From: Callorhinchus milii
Taxonomy: Eukaryota
Assembly: GCF_018977255.1 (NCBI RefSeq)
Contig: NW_024704742.1
Span: forward strand, 119,972,001 to 120,036,000
Direction: 5' to 3'
DNA: 64,000 nt
Positions 42,090 to 54,695 of this stretch are shown here, piece after piece. Numbering within the stretch: position 1 is the stretch's first letter; each line of letters starts with the position of its first letter. The notes beneath the pieces were generated by a model. The model was given only the letters and a program-made list of their open reading frames with translations, was not told where the DNA came from and made no database searches. Both the position numbers and the translations under genes were made by a program.

Positions 42090-42910
42090 ATTAACAACAA
42101 CTTGCACTTATATAGCACCTTCCACGCAGGGTAGTGTCTCAGAGCGCTTAACAGTGGCGGAGCCTGACTCCGGGCCAGAGGGGGGGAGGGGTGGGGGAGT
42201 AACTGTAAGTACGGTCGAAAAGGAAGGTTTTTAGGTAGGACTTGAAAAAGAGTAGAGAGGGGGCAAAGTGGAGGGTCTGAGGGACAGTGATCCAGAGTTT
42301 CGGGGTGTAGCTTTACAGTGCCCTCCACGCAGGCTGAATGTGTGAGGTCCAATGGTGCAGAGAAGGGAGCGAGGGATGAGCAGGAGGCTGGTGCCAGTCG
42401 AGCGGTGGATTGGGGAGTGAAGAGGTGGGAGAGGTAGGGAGGTGCCAGGGCGGGAAGGGATTTCAACACGAGTATGAGGGTCTTGAAGTCGATCCATTTA
42501 GTGATGGGGGGCCAGTGGAGTCTGGTGAGATGTGGGTACAGAGTTTGTTCTGGGTAAGTATGTGGGCAGCAGAGTTCTGAATGAGCTGGATTTTTTGAAT
42601 AGTGGAGCTGGAGAGACCGGGGGGAGGGGGTTTGAGTAATCCAGGCAGGAGGTGACAAATACACGCATGAGGGTTTCAACTGCATTTGGGGTAAGGTACA
42701 GTCGAAGCTGGGCAATGTGGCAGAGGTGGATGTCCTGGTCAGGGACCGGATGCAGGGAAGGAAGGACAGCTGGGGATCGAACCGGATGCCTAGATTGCTC
42801 ACTGGTTCGGTGAATCTGAGGAAGAGCCCAGAGAGGTTGAGGAGTTCAGATCCACAGGAGTGAAGCCATTGAAGGGAGCAAAGGAGTATGGCTTCCATCT
42901 TGTCCACATT
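42090..42910 (-). mobile_element. Old L2 3' fragment
   Basis: LNVDKMEAILL..NLGIRFDPQLSF..LHWPPITKWIDFK. Confidence 0.88.
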
Positions 42911-43354
42911 GAGCACATATCTGCTCCCACTCTCTGGAACTACATCTCAGAGTAACCGCGACCCGTCCTCGCTCTCACCTCTTTCAAGGTTCGTCTCAAG
43001 ACCTTCCTCTTTGACTGCGTTTTCCATCATTTTTGCCCCTCCCCACACCTCTGTCAGCTCCTACCCCTAACTCAGGACGTCCTCCCATTGTGAAAGGCAC
43101 TATATAAATGTAAATTTCTTTTTGCACTCCATGACATGTTTTGTACCAAAATATAGAATAAACCTTTACAATGACAATCACTTTACATACCTTACATTCT
43201 GTGAAGCTCTTTGAGACTTCTCAACGAGATGATAAGGCACTATATCAAATGCAAGGATTATTATTATTAATTGTTGCATGGGTTAACAGCAATAATTGGA
43301 CGCACAATCTTTTGTAAGACATCTATTTTTTCCTTCACCTCTTTACAAAGCATC

Positions 43355-43680
43355 GCGAGTGAGAGACCTGGGTTCGATTCCCGGCAGGGCAAAACATTGG
43401 GCAGGTTTTCTTACTCCACACATCTCTATTTACCTAGCAGTAAGTAGGAACCCAGATTGACGGATTGCATTTCCGGGGGTAATAATCCCTTCAAAAGAAA
43501 AAAAACTAAAAAATTGGTCACGACTGTTTGTGGGACACTGCTGTGTGATATTGGCTGCCGCGTTTCTCCTACAAAAAATATACAGGCATTCACTTTACAG
43601 TATATTCTGTGAAGCGCTTTAAAACATCTCGAAGACCCGATAAGGCACTATATCAAATGCAAGGATTATTATAATTATTA
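43355..43680 (+). mobile_element. SINE, longer-core variant
   Basis: B box GGTTCGATTCC; extra middle segment; tail. Confidence 0.88.
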
Positions 43681-43699
43681 CATCAGTGATCAACAACCC

Positions 43700-43749
43700 A
43701 TGGCCACTTTAGGCCTGCGTGGGGTGTCAAGAAGTAGCTCTCTGAACAC
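43700..43749 (-). pseudogene. NLN/THOP1-like early exon remnant
   Basis: After acceptor ttttgtacag, TTCAGAGAGCTACTTCTTGACACCCCACGC reads roughly VQRATLDTPR with one frameshift, versus THOP1 VQRNILDFPQH. Short and weak. Confidence 0.35.
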
Positions 43750-43974
43750 CTGTACAAAATCAATACCAATAATTACATTTGGGTGAGTTGAATAAACAAA
43801 TGACCTATTGAGTGAAAAGCAAAATGAACTGTAGCATTTCACAAATCCATAGAATATATTTCTAAACCATATCAAGCCAGTGCTCATTTTGTAAATTTCA
43901 GGGCAGTTTTGAACTGGGGCCCCTTTTAAGCATTCCAATCAATCCTAATGTACACACTGGGTAGCAGTGTGTAC

Positions 43975-44463
43975 ATCGAATTCAAGATCCTCATCCTCAC
44001 CTACAAGGCCATTCACGGCCTTGCTCCCTCCTACCTCTCCGACCTACTATCCCCCTACCTACCTGCCCGTACCCTCCGTTCCTCTGGCTCCGGTCTGCTC
44101 CACACCCCCCGCCCCAACCGCCCTACCATCGGTGGCCGGGCCTTCAGCCTCTCAGCCCCGAGGCTCTGGAACTCTATCCCCCAGTGCCTACGCCGCCTCC
44201 TCCCTTTCCTCCTTCAAGGCCGGTCTCAAGACCTTTCTCTTTGACCGAGCCTTCAGCTCCCCTCTCAACTCTCTACCCCCTCCTCGCTCCCTCCCTTCCC
44301 TCCCCTCACCCTGACCATTTCCCCCCTCCTCGCTCCCTCCCTTCCCTCACCCTGACCATTTCCCCCCACCTCGGGTCCTGACCCAACTGTCCAGCGCCTT
44401 GGGACGTCCTCCCGACGTGAAAGGCGCTCTATAAATGGAATCTTGTTGTTGTTGTTGTTGTTG
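43975..44463 (+). mobile_element. L2 3' end with a tandem duplication in the 3' UTR
   Basis: IEFKILILTYKAIHGLAPSYL; (TTG)n tail. Confidence 0.93.
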
Positions 44464-46448
44464 TAGCAGTCCATATTCATGACTGAGGTTCAATTAAGGA
44501 AGAAGTGGGGGTGGTGGCAGACCACACAATATCAAACATGGTTTGGCGTTACTCAATGATTAACGGTGTCACGATCACACAATGTCTGCAAGTTACTAAA
44601 TTCGCGTCAGATCTCCTTGCTGCTCTCCTCAATCCTGTGACTTGTTCGTAAAAAAATTAACTAAACATTTCCCCAGCGCTGACAAGTCCGGAGAGGCATT
44701 GAAATATTATTCACCAAAAAGTCATACACGGGCAAATTAAAACCCTTTATTTGTGAGATCAAAAAGACACCATGTAGGTACGGATGTGTTCTGTTATATT
44801 TAAATAAAGAGCATGCGGTACAGTATAAGTGCAGTGTATTTGCTGTGCACTTTACAATCGTCACAAACTTTAGGGGTGTGCAAATGGAGCTGCTTTTTCT
44901 GCAGTACTTTCAGATCAGGTCAGGTTGACCCTGGTCTTGGCCAAATCAGATCAGGCCAGACCAGGGTGACCCCAGACAAGTGGCTGCAACTTTTGTGCCC
45001 CAATTGTCACCTGTTCAGATTCTCTGCAGATTTACCTGAAATAACAGGGAAAGCTCCATGAGCTAGAAGGGGGAGAAACTAATACGAAAAAGGTCAAATC
45101 AATTATCCAATTGAACTGGCTTCTTGGCACAACTGACCAATTCGTGCAATAATCCTTTGCACCTGGAGGAAATCCTGCAATAGACCCCTCCTGAGGGCAA
45201 TAATAGGAAAGAAACTCAGGGCTCTGAAAAAGTCAATCATCATCAGCACATCTCAGCATTTGCACCTTTCCCTGCACAGTCCTTCCACCCACAGCCAACA
45301 GGAGAGTTTCAGCAACAATGTGACTTTTTAAAATATATATATATATAGGTCGTCTGATGCTCTGGCACTTTTCTCAGGGGCTCACTTGCTAGCCAGGGCT
45401 TTGAGGTTTGCTCATATCCCAGACCAGAGATGGCTGCAGAGTGACAGTGAGATGGACCTGCCCTGATTCCTGGGGTTTGCACATAACACTGGGAGGTGGC
45501 GCCTGTGTTCTGCAGCTGTGAGTCTGGAGAGAGTGACTGAGAGACTGTGTGAGTATCTACACAGAGAGAAAATAACATATGTTTGTTTTTGTTTGCTGGA
45601 GTCTGTATATTTTTTGTTTCTAACATCAAGAATCTCAGCATCTTTCCAAGTGCAACAACTTGCAATTTATATAGTGCCCTTCATATGGGGGTTGGTTTCA
45701 GATAAATGGGTAAAGTAAGATTTCACAAAGCAAAGAGCATCCTAGTCTACTGCTAATGGCTTGTGCATCCAGAGCTAGCAACAGAGCTTGTATTTCAAAC
45801 TTATTCCAGTCCTAGGTGAAGTTGGAGAAAATATTGACTGAAGAATACAGTACTGTGGCCTTGCTCTTTTGCATCTGTAAAAAGGATAAAATAATGGAGA
45901 CAGAGACAGCATTCCTGAAATTATTAATTTTATTTTCAAGAAACAAGTTGAAGCAGTTCTTTGTACAGTACTGGAGCCTTTTAAATTGTTTTGGGAATGT
46001 TTTAAGATGTTGTAGTCTTAAGAGAATATAGCATTTTTTGGTTCTCTGGTCAATTGGTAGTCTGACATGTGCTTAAGAGTATCTTAAACAGATTGAGTTG
46101 CACCTACACTTGCCTGGAATTATACCTGTGTACTGTGGGTGTAGCTCTACTGTACTACCCTCAATTTTATTTTGCTGTTCCAGGGAAAATTGCCCAGGCT
46201 GTGATCTGGCAAACTTAGCCATGTAACATAGAGCAGGTATGACTTATCCCAGCAGGTTACTTTAAAATTCAGCCATTTTGTATGTTTCTGGAGATTTTGT
46301 TAGTTTCTGGGGGTGAGAAGGTCACACTAAATTGATCAATTGTGAGCCTGTGTCATTAAGACAATGTGCCAATCTTTTGCCAACTCCTGAGAACAGAATA
46401 TTTCCATCTGTTCCATTTAATGTTGCCTCAGCACATTTCTCTTCACAG

Positions 46449-46560
46449 GTACTGAAATTTATTTAGTTGAAAATTTCCTGAACTTGCCTATAAGCAGTTG
46501 GTTTCTGTGCTACCGTTGCAGAGAGGAGAAAAATGGAGGGGGGAACAATTATGCAAAAAA
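46449..46560 (+). pseudogene. SGT-like first coding exon remnant
   Basis: Acceptor cttcacag; CTATAAGCAGTTGGTTTCTGTGCTACCGTTGCAGAGAGGAG loosely resembles SGTB IKHLVYAVIRFLRE. No start codon. Confidence 0.35.
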
Positions 46561-48169
46561 ACTGTTCTTAAATTCACTCTCAAGGTAATGGTTTTGAACC
46601 CCAAATTAGCCTCTTGGTATCTGTTCTTGGTTAAGTAGCTTTGAAAAGAACAGCTCATTTGAATTGGACCAGATTGATGGGTATTTCTCTGCATTGCTAT
46701 GTTACCTCCACTGTCTGCTGGCGGATTTGTTAATTCATGCAGTATATTTTGCTGACAGCTTTCTCTGCTTTCTGGATGCTGTAGTTCTATTAAAATATAC
46801 GATTACAATGTTAAAGTAGCTGATGACTTTTTATGTTTGGATGTAGAAACAAAAGGGGCCAAATCTTAATTGGAATTTTTTAAATCTTCTCCAAATGTTT
46901 ATTGATTTGAATGTGCTTAATGTCTATAATGTTTAAATTTGGCTTAGTTGATAGCACTGTTGCTTCTGGATCATAGGTTGGTTTGAAAATCCAATGTAGT
47001 ACTAGGGGAGCAATGTATTGTTGCAAATACTTTGGATGAGCTGTTGCACCAAAGATCTGTTTAAGTGGATATTAAGCAGGCAATTTGTGCATAACACAAT
47101 AAGCCATGAACCCATGAGCAATAAGCCATGAAGTGCATGATCAACTTTATCTGGGAGATTGTAAGTCACTTAAAAGAATACTAATTTATTTGCCCTTTAA
47201 GCTGTTCTGTAAAAATGTACTGTAAATATAAACCCGTTCGTGTAACAGAAGATTTTTGAGGTGCTCAGTTTAAACAAAAATGAAATGATACAGGACAGGT
47301 GTGGCTAGAGTTGATCAAGTTGGTCATGCTCAGCCTTATAAATTGAGCTTGAAGGCAGATTTAATTTAGAGGTCCTTGCCTGCAAATCCATTCATTCCCT
47401 GGTACCCCCTTATCTCTTCAGCCGTTTACTTCTCAGCTAACTCTGGCTTGCTGGATGTTCCTCTGCTCTCTCCCCACCACCATTGATGGCTGAGCCCTTC
47501 CTACCCCCCTACCCCCAGTCTCCAGAACTCTTTCCTTCAACCACTCTGTCTCACTCCCTTGCTTTCCATCTTTAATTCTCACCTCAAATCCTACCTCATC
47601 AAATGTGCCAGTGGTCACCACCTCCCCTCTGCTTGGCATCCAACCCCATCCTTGTAAAGGGCCTTGAGACATCACCTTGTGTAAAGGGCACTATATAAAT
47701 AGAAATGTTTGTGGAAAACAGGATTGCAAAGTAGATTGCCTTACTCCCTAACTAGCAATATGTGACAACTTCTGAAATATGGTGAAAAGGGACCACGTCT
47801 GGGTAAAACAATACACCTCATTTCTCTTATTGGCTACCCTGTGACAAATTGCCTCAATGCTCTCGAATACTTCAGCCCTTCAATAAACTGTATCTCCAGA
47901 CAGATTAGGTTTTGGAAAGTGTACTTTATATACAATAGACTCCTGATAACTTGTCACTCCAAGGGAGAAGGAAGGGCTCAGTGATATTTATCTGGAATGG
48001 CGACTGAGGCATTAGTATAAATATAATACATAAATGCGTCTGGGATATTGACAGCATGATGACGTGAGTGGCAATGACAAGTTAAGCCGTTGTCAGGAGT
48101 TTACTCCAATACCAGTGTAGTCTTGGTTTATCAACAGGATTTACATTGATTTTTTTTCTTCTCATTCAG

Positions 48170-48268
48170 TTGCCATACAGTGCTTGGAAGCAGCCTTTGA
48201 AATTACTTCACAGACGGCCTTCAGCCAATCTCCACGGATTCGCCAGATGTGCTTCAATGGTTAATAAG
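48170..48268 (+). pseudogene. SGT-like exon (N-terminal dimerisation domain)
   Basis: Polypyrimidine tract and cag|TTGCCATACAGTGCTTGGAAGCAGCCTTT = (V)AIQCLEAAF versus SGTA VAIQCLETAF; in-frame stops; ends AAG|gt. Confidence 0.85.
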
Positions 48269-48659
48269 GTGGGGGAGCTATGTTAATATGCAGGAAACAA
48301 TGAGTGAACTACAATTCTAGGTGGGCAGCACATGGGTATATCATAGGATTGTGGCTGCAGTTGCACAATTGAATTTCAGTTATAATCTAGGCTGTCAAAG
48401 GAACATATTGATAGGGTATAGTGTAGGAGTTAAGAACATCAGGCTTATTACACCAGCAGGTTTTACCATCTTGTCCTCTGTTGGGGAATTGTGGACTACT
48501 TTTTCTGTTTTTTTTAAAAAAAGATTCAAGTAAGCTTGTGTAGCAGAAATGAAATGTGATGGATGAATGCATCACAGAGAGCTTCCAGGAGATTACATGA
48601 GTGAGATGGAATTTGCTTGTCGTGTAGGTTTAGTCTTGTCTGCCGAAGGATTAAGGTTG

Positions 48660-48860
48660 CTGGCCTACTTCAAGATGGAGGTAGATAAATATTTGTTAGG
48701 TCAAGGAATTAAGGGATATGGGGCAAGGGTGGGTAACTGGACTTGAGGTATAGATCAGCCATGATCTTATAAAATGGTGTAACAGGCTCAAGGGTGTAAT
48801 TTTTTACCCAGAAGTGGTCCCTTTTCACCATATTGCTGAATAGCCTACTCCTGTTTCTGT
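48660..48860 (+). mobile_element. CR1-like 3' end
   Basis: ttcaagatggaggtagataaat...atcagccatgatctt...gcctactcctgtttct. Confidence 0.6.
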
Positions 48861-48962
48861 GTATGTAAATATGTACTGGCATTCAATTTCATGATTTCTT
48901 ATATTCAATATATTCAACCTTGAAATTGGTCTCTTGCTTCATTTGTAATGTGCACTGACTAG

Positions 48963-49024
48963 AATCTGCATGCTGCAGTCCACACTGATGATGGTGGATT
49001 ATACCAAAACTTTTCAAATGATGG
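48963..49024 (+). pseudogene. SGT-like TPR exon remnant with internal deletion
   Basis: QSTL..MVDYTKTFQMM(G)|gtaatt versus SGTB QSKL...AIDSKYSKAYGRMG. Confidence 0.5.
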
Positions 49025-49189
49025 GTAATTTGAAAGTTGCTTGTTGTATGCAGGAAATCTTCCTAGTAAATTCTAAATGGCTAATGTGTGATCTTCCCAT
49101 TCATACACTAACTCTCAACAATTCTGTATTTACCATGAACCAGTTTGAATATTTCTCCTAAATGTTCTATATCTCTGCTTTCTTTACAG

Positions 49190-49309
49190 ATAGCTTTACC
49201 AACTTTGGATAAGCATCACAAGTTGGATAAGTATCACAATTGCATGCGACAGCAAGGCTGTGGAACTGGATCCTGAAAATGACGGAATGTAGGAGAAGTA
49301 TCAAATCCC
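49190..49309 (+). pseudogene. SGT-like third-TPR exon remnant
   Basis: tctttacag|IALPTLDKH..KAVELDPEND..EVSNP|gtaagt versus SGTB LALTALNK..KALDLDPEND..REVSSP; contains an 18-bp tandem duplication and a deletion. Confidence 0.85.
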
Positions 49310-49769
49310 GTAAGTGTGTTACTTGTTTGGATGTAGAGTTTGCATATTTAAATCTACACCTGTCTGCATGAAACTAGAATTGTGCAAGTCATCTTCAACT
49401 ATTTATCAGGATTGGGTCTTCAGTATAAAACTGCAGATCTGATGCAATGTCATATTACTCTATTGTAAAATTGGGGTCTAAGTATCCTAGATTTTCAAAG
49501 AGAAAATCTAGGATATGCAATGCTAAGCATGTGTAAGCTTGCTAGGATCGTGATTTAGCCACACACTGGCCGTGAGTCAGTGCTGGAAACATTTAGTTAG
49601 TAATCTACAGTGTAATTTGCAATTGTGTTTAAAGGCTTCAATAATTCAAATAGTTTGGTTATTCTTCTGACTTTCAGACAGACTTAACAAATTTAACTGA
49701 TCAAATATTTGTTATTAGTTTTCAACCAACAATGTAATTGTGTCTACTTACCGCTCTGTCCTTGCCTCC

Positions 49770-52700
49770 GACAAATCATCCTTCTACTCCAAGATAATCT
49801 TGGAAGTGAAGGACAACTAGAGGCTATTCTATTCTCCACCACCAATCGGTTCCTCCATCCATCTTCCACGCCTCGTCCGTTCTCTCCTTATGCTTTGACT
49901 GTGAGGAGATGCCGGATTTCTTTATGTCCAAAATTGAGGGGATCCGTTCAGCTGCCTCCGCCCTCCCAACCGCCCCTCCCTCCCCATTGCCCCACCACAC
50001 TCCAACCCCTACCAATCTCTCCGTCCACATTTTCAAACCTGTTTTCCCTTTTTTCATCACCACCATATCCAGCATGAAACACTCCACCCCTCTCCCTACC
50101 ACCCAGCTCCACCTCCTCGGCCCTCTGCTCTCCGACACCATCGATCTCTCCCTTTCATCTGGCTCCAATCTCCTAAACAGCTACAATCACCCGCATCCTG
50201 AAAAATCTTCCCTGGACCCATCCCTGCTTTCTAACTACCAGCTCATCTCCAACCTCCCTTTTCTTTTGAGGGTCCTTGAAAGAGTTGTTGCTTTGCTCAT
50301 TCCTCTCTTACCACTCCCTTCACAAACCCCAACAATCTGGTTTCCGTGCCCCTCACAGCATTGCAACTGCTCTGGTCAAGGTGACAAATGACATTTTGTC
50401 CATCTGTGACCAGAGCTCCCTCTGCCTCCTCATCCTCCTCAACCTCTCTGCTGTCTTTGATCTTGTGGACCACTCCATCCTCCTCCACTGCCTCTCCTCT
50501 CACTTCAACCTTCCGGGTTCTGTCCTTAAATGGTTCTGGTCTTATCTCTCACACCATCTCCAACGGTTTCTCTTCCAGCCCCTGCACAGTCTCATGTGGC
50601 GTTCTCAGGGCTCTGTCCTCAGTCCCCTCCTCTTCAACCTCCTCGTGCTCCCCCTTGGTGACATCATCGGCAGACATGGGGGCCAACTTACACATGAATG
50701 CGGATGACACCCAACTCTATCTCTCAGCCTCCACCTTTATTTCAGTACAACTGATGTCCTGACAGGCTGTCTGCCTGACATCAAGTCCTGGATGAGAGCC
50801 AATGTTCTACAGCTAAATGTCAGCAAGACTGAGGCCTTCCTGATTGGCTCACGCCAGCAGGTCCACACCTCAGGCACTATCAGTATCCACGGTTCCACAC
50901 TCCACCTCACCAAGTCAGTCAGGAACCTGGGCGTCTGACCTTCAACTGTCCTTTCTCCCCCATGTCCGTGCCGTGACATGCTCTACCTTCCCCTACCTCT
51001 ACAACATTGCCCTACTCCACCATTGTCTCTGCCTCAAGCTGCCGAAACCCTCATACACGCATTCGTCACCTCAAGGCTCAACTGTGGAAACTCCTTCCTT
51101 ATTGGCCTCCCCAACTCTTCCCTGCACAAGCTGCGATCATCCACAACTCTGCAGCTCGTGTCCCCTCCCACACCAGCTCTGTGACCCCATCACCCCCACC
51201 CTCGCCAGCTCCACTGGCTCCCCATCCCTCAGAGGATAGAATTCAAAATCCTTGTCCTCACTTTCAAGACCCTCCACGGCTTTGCCCCCTCCTACATCTC
51301 TAACCTGCTGACCCCCTATCAACCTGTCTTCTCCCTCCACTCACCAGGCTCCGGCCTGTTTCAGCTTTCCCACCCGACCTGCCCTACCATCGGTGGCCAG
51401 GCTTTCAACCTTTCTGCCCCCACTCTTTGGAACTCCATCCCGCAATTCCTTCGCCTTGCTCCCTCTCTTGCCTCCTTTAAGCCATACTAAAGACCATCCT
51501 TTTTGACTGTGCCTTCAGCCGCCTTCCTACTCCCTCTGCCCTCCCTCATCCCACCTCTGCCCCTCACGCTCAGGTCCTGATCCCTGACTGTTCAGCACCT
51601 TGGGATGTCCCAATGTAGTGTAGTTGTTGTGGAAGTTTGAACAAATTACTACAGTTGGCAAAATAACCAGAAAAACAACCAACAATTTAGTCTTCTAAGT
51701 TTCCTTCCATATTTAATAAATTCATAACTTGAGGAAAGCAAAGTAGGCAATGTTTTTTGTTTGTTCACCAACCTTTGTACCAGTTTGTAAACTTATGTTT
51801 ATTACATTAGTTTGCAGGCATGTTGGCATAAACCTAAATACTTTACGAATATTATTTGCTTGTGAATGGGCTTTTTTTTATTGTTTAAGACGAGCACAAG
51901 AAACATGCTTACTGTTTACATGCATTGTATATGAATGTCCTCCTTGACGGTCTCCCCAGCTCCACCGCACACAATATTCAATTAACCCCAAACTCCGCCT
52001 GGATATTCACCCGCACAAATTTCCGTACCCCCATCACACCAGTCCTTGCCAGGCTCCACTGGCTCCCACTTACAGAATGGATCGATTTCAAGATTCTCAC
52101 TCGTTTTGAAATCCCTTCTTGCCCCTTGCATCTCCCTACCTATCTGATCTGTTTACCCCCAACTCCACCATCCACTGCTGTCCAGTCCAGAACCTTGGGT
52201 CTTGTTTGACCCTCAACTGTCCTTTCTACTGCACATCTGTACCATGACCCTCTCTGTCTTCCCTCACCTCTGAAACGTCGCCCGGCTCCAATACTGTTTC
52301 GCATCTCAGGCCGCTGAAACCCTCATACACACCTTCATTACATTGAGGCTTGACTATGCAAACTAATTGCTTGTCGGCCTCCCCAACTCCTCCCTCCAAA
52401 GGCTGCAAATCATCCAGAACTCTGCAGCCCGTGTCCTCTCCCGCACTAGGCTCTGTGACCCTATCACACCTATCCTTGCCCAGCGTCACTGGCTTTCCAT
52501 CACACGGGATAGAGTTCAAGATCCTGGTCCTCACCTTCAAAGCCCTCCATGGTCTTGCTCCCCCGATCTCCTAACACCCTACCACCCTGCTTGCTCCCTC
52601 CACTCAGCGGGCTCCGGCCTGCTTCATGTCCCCCACCTTGCTCGCCCTACCATTGGATGGCGGGCCTTCTGCCACTCTGCCCCCACCCTCTGGAACTCCA

Positions 52701-53160
52701 TCCCATAGTCCCTCCATCTTGCCACCTTCAGACCCACCTCAAGACCCGCCTCTTCGACCGTGCTTGCAATTTCCCTTTTTTCCCCTCCTACTCTGCACCC
52801 CACTCCCCTGCTCGCGTCTGTAACTGTCTGTCCAGTGGCTTGGGACGTCCTGCCGACGTGAAGGGTGCTATACAGATGTAAGTTTGTTGTTGTTGCTTCC
52901 ACTTGGCTGGCTATGGCCTCCTGTTTGTCCCTTGTCCCCTCCGCTCCACCATTGGTGGCCATGCCTTCAGCCACTATGCCAACAAAACTCTGGAACTCTC
53001 TCCCGCAATCACTCCGCCTTGCCCCCTCCCTCTCCACCTTCAAATCCCGCTTGAAGACCTTCCTTTTTGATCGTGCTTACGCTCACCTTCCCCCTGCTCC
53101 CTCTTCCCCTGGCTCAGGTTCAGACTCTGCCACTGTCAAGAGCTCTGGGATGCTACCCTG
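49770..53160 (+). mobile_element. Cluster of older L2 fragments
   Basis: RT motifs QSGFRAPHS, LNLSAVFDLVDH, QGSVLSPLLF, ADDTQLY and several separate 3' ends. Confidence 0.88.
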
Positions 53161-53166
53161 GGTGTG

Positions 53167-53488
53167 GAGTCCTGTAGCTCAGTGGTAAGAGCACTCGCTT
53201 TGTAAGCGAGAGACCTGAGTTCAATTCCAGGCAGGGCGAAACCTTGGGCAAGTTTCCTTACTCCACACGCCTGATAATAATCCCTCCAAAAAAACCAAAA
53301 ACAATAATAAATTGGTCATTTTCAATCTATGACTGTTTGTGGGACATTGCTGTGCGCAATTGGCTGCCGCGTTCGCCCACAAATATACAGTCAATTCACT
53401 TTACAGTGTGTTCTGTGAAGCGCTTTGGGATGTCCTCCCGACGTGAAAAGCGCTATATCAAATGTAAGCATTATTATTATTATTATTA
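53167..53488 (+). mobile_element. tRNA-derived SINE, full length
   Basis: Nearly identical to 32265-32580. Confidence 0.95.
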
Positions 53489-53599
53489 AGGACACTGTAC
53501 AAATGAAAATTGTTTTTATATAGACTTCCAAGATGGAAAATCTTGTTATCTCATTACAAAGCTTCTATTTTATTCATTTCTGCATATTTCCCATTTCAG

Positions 53600-53688
53600 A
53601 CAGAGGACAGCAGATGGAAGAACAGAATGAAAAATTAAGAAATCCGATATAAACCTAATCGTTCTGTGACAGCAATGATTGTTCCTGA
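53600..53688 (+). pseudogene. SGT-like last exon, copy A
   Basis: catttcag|..GQQMEEQNEKLRNPI*T*SFCDSNDCS* versus SGTB GQQFAQQIQQQNPELIEQLRNHIRSRSFSSSAEEHS*. Confidence 0.7.
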
Positions 53689-54149
53689 TCTCTTGTGGTA
53701 ATTGTGTATTCTGACTATCCAAATTCAACTCGCGTACAATACATAATCACTATCACTTTTTTCCGGAAAATGTTGAAAGCAGATCCATCAGAATGTGAAA
53801 GTAAAAGTTGGCTTAATCTTGTCAGCTGTCTTGCATTACAACATTTTAAATGATTTGGGTCTTTCAGATCCTGATAGACATGAGATTTGTAGCATTTTAT
53901 CTTATTTCAGATCGTTTGCTCCTGCAGTACTTTAGAAATTCTCGTATTGAGTTTATTTAGCGAAGTGCTTATGTTAAGTAAGGGAGATTGCGTCATATTG
54001 TTATAGAGAATGGTAATTATTCTCAGTTTGTATCCCATGTAAATATATGACCATTTGGGTGTAGTTTAGCATAATAGTTAGAAGCCTGAAGTAATAAACT
54101 TAGTTTCCTTCAAGAATGTCATGATTATAACAAACAAGCAGTACCACTC

Positions 54150-54695
54150 CCAACAGAATACCCAGGTGCTGGCTGAGTAAAAGAACCATTCTCAGTACAC
54201 ACTCAGTAAAATCCAAATCATCCAAAGCTCTGCCGCCCGCATTCTCACCTGCACGAACCTCTACTCCCCGATCACCCCTGTCCTTGCCAGACTGCAATGG
54301 CTACCTATCCCAGAGAGGATCGACTTCAAGATCCTCACCCATTGTATTCAAGTCCCTGCACTCCCCTAACTCTCTGACCTCTCTCCTCGAAACAGTACCC
54401 GTTGCATTCGTTCCTCCGGGTCTGGCCTCCTCCTCATCCCCCGAGTCTTCTGCTCCACCCTCAGCGGCCGTGCCTTCAGCCACTGTGTCCCGAGGCTCTG
54501 GAACTCACTTCCTCACTCACTTTGCCTCACTCCCTCCCTTCCTATGTTCAGGTCTCTGCTAAACACCTTTCTTTTTGACTGCGCCTTTGGTCACCTTCCT
54601 CCCCCTCCCCCTGGCTTGGTCCTGAGATCCATTACTGTGAAGCGCTCGGAGACGCCGTCTGGCGTGGAGGGCGCTATATAAATCCAAGTTGTTGT
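54150..54695 (+). mobile_element. L2 3' fragment
   Basis: IIQSSAARIL.., RLWNSL, 3' tail. Confidence 0.85.

Larger units (their letters stand above)
37373..43749 (-). pseudogene. Unprocessed NLN/THOP1-like (M3 metallo-oligopeptidase) pseudogene
   Basis: At least five ordered exon remnants on the minus strand with splice signals, stops and frameshifts (listed separately). Orthology to NLN versus THOP1 is unresolved. Confidence 0.88.

Noticed and set aside
48293..48320. Possible SGT first-TPR exon start
   Set aside because: Needs several indels and is only ~25 bp from the previous exon.
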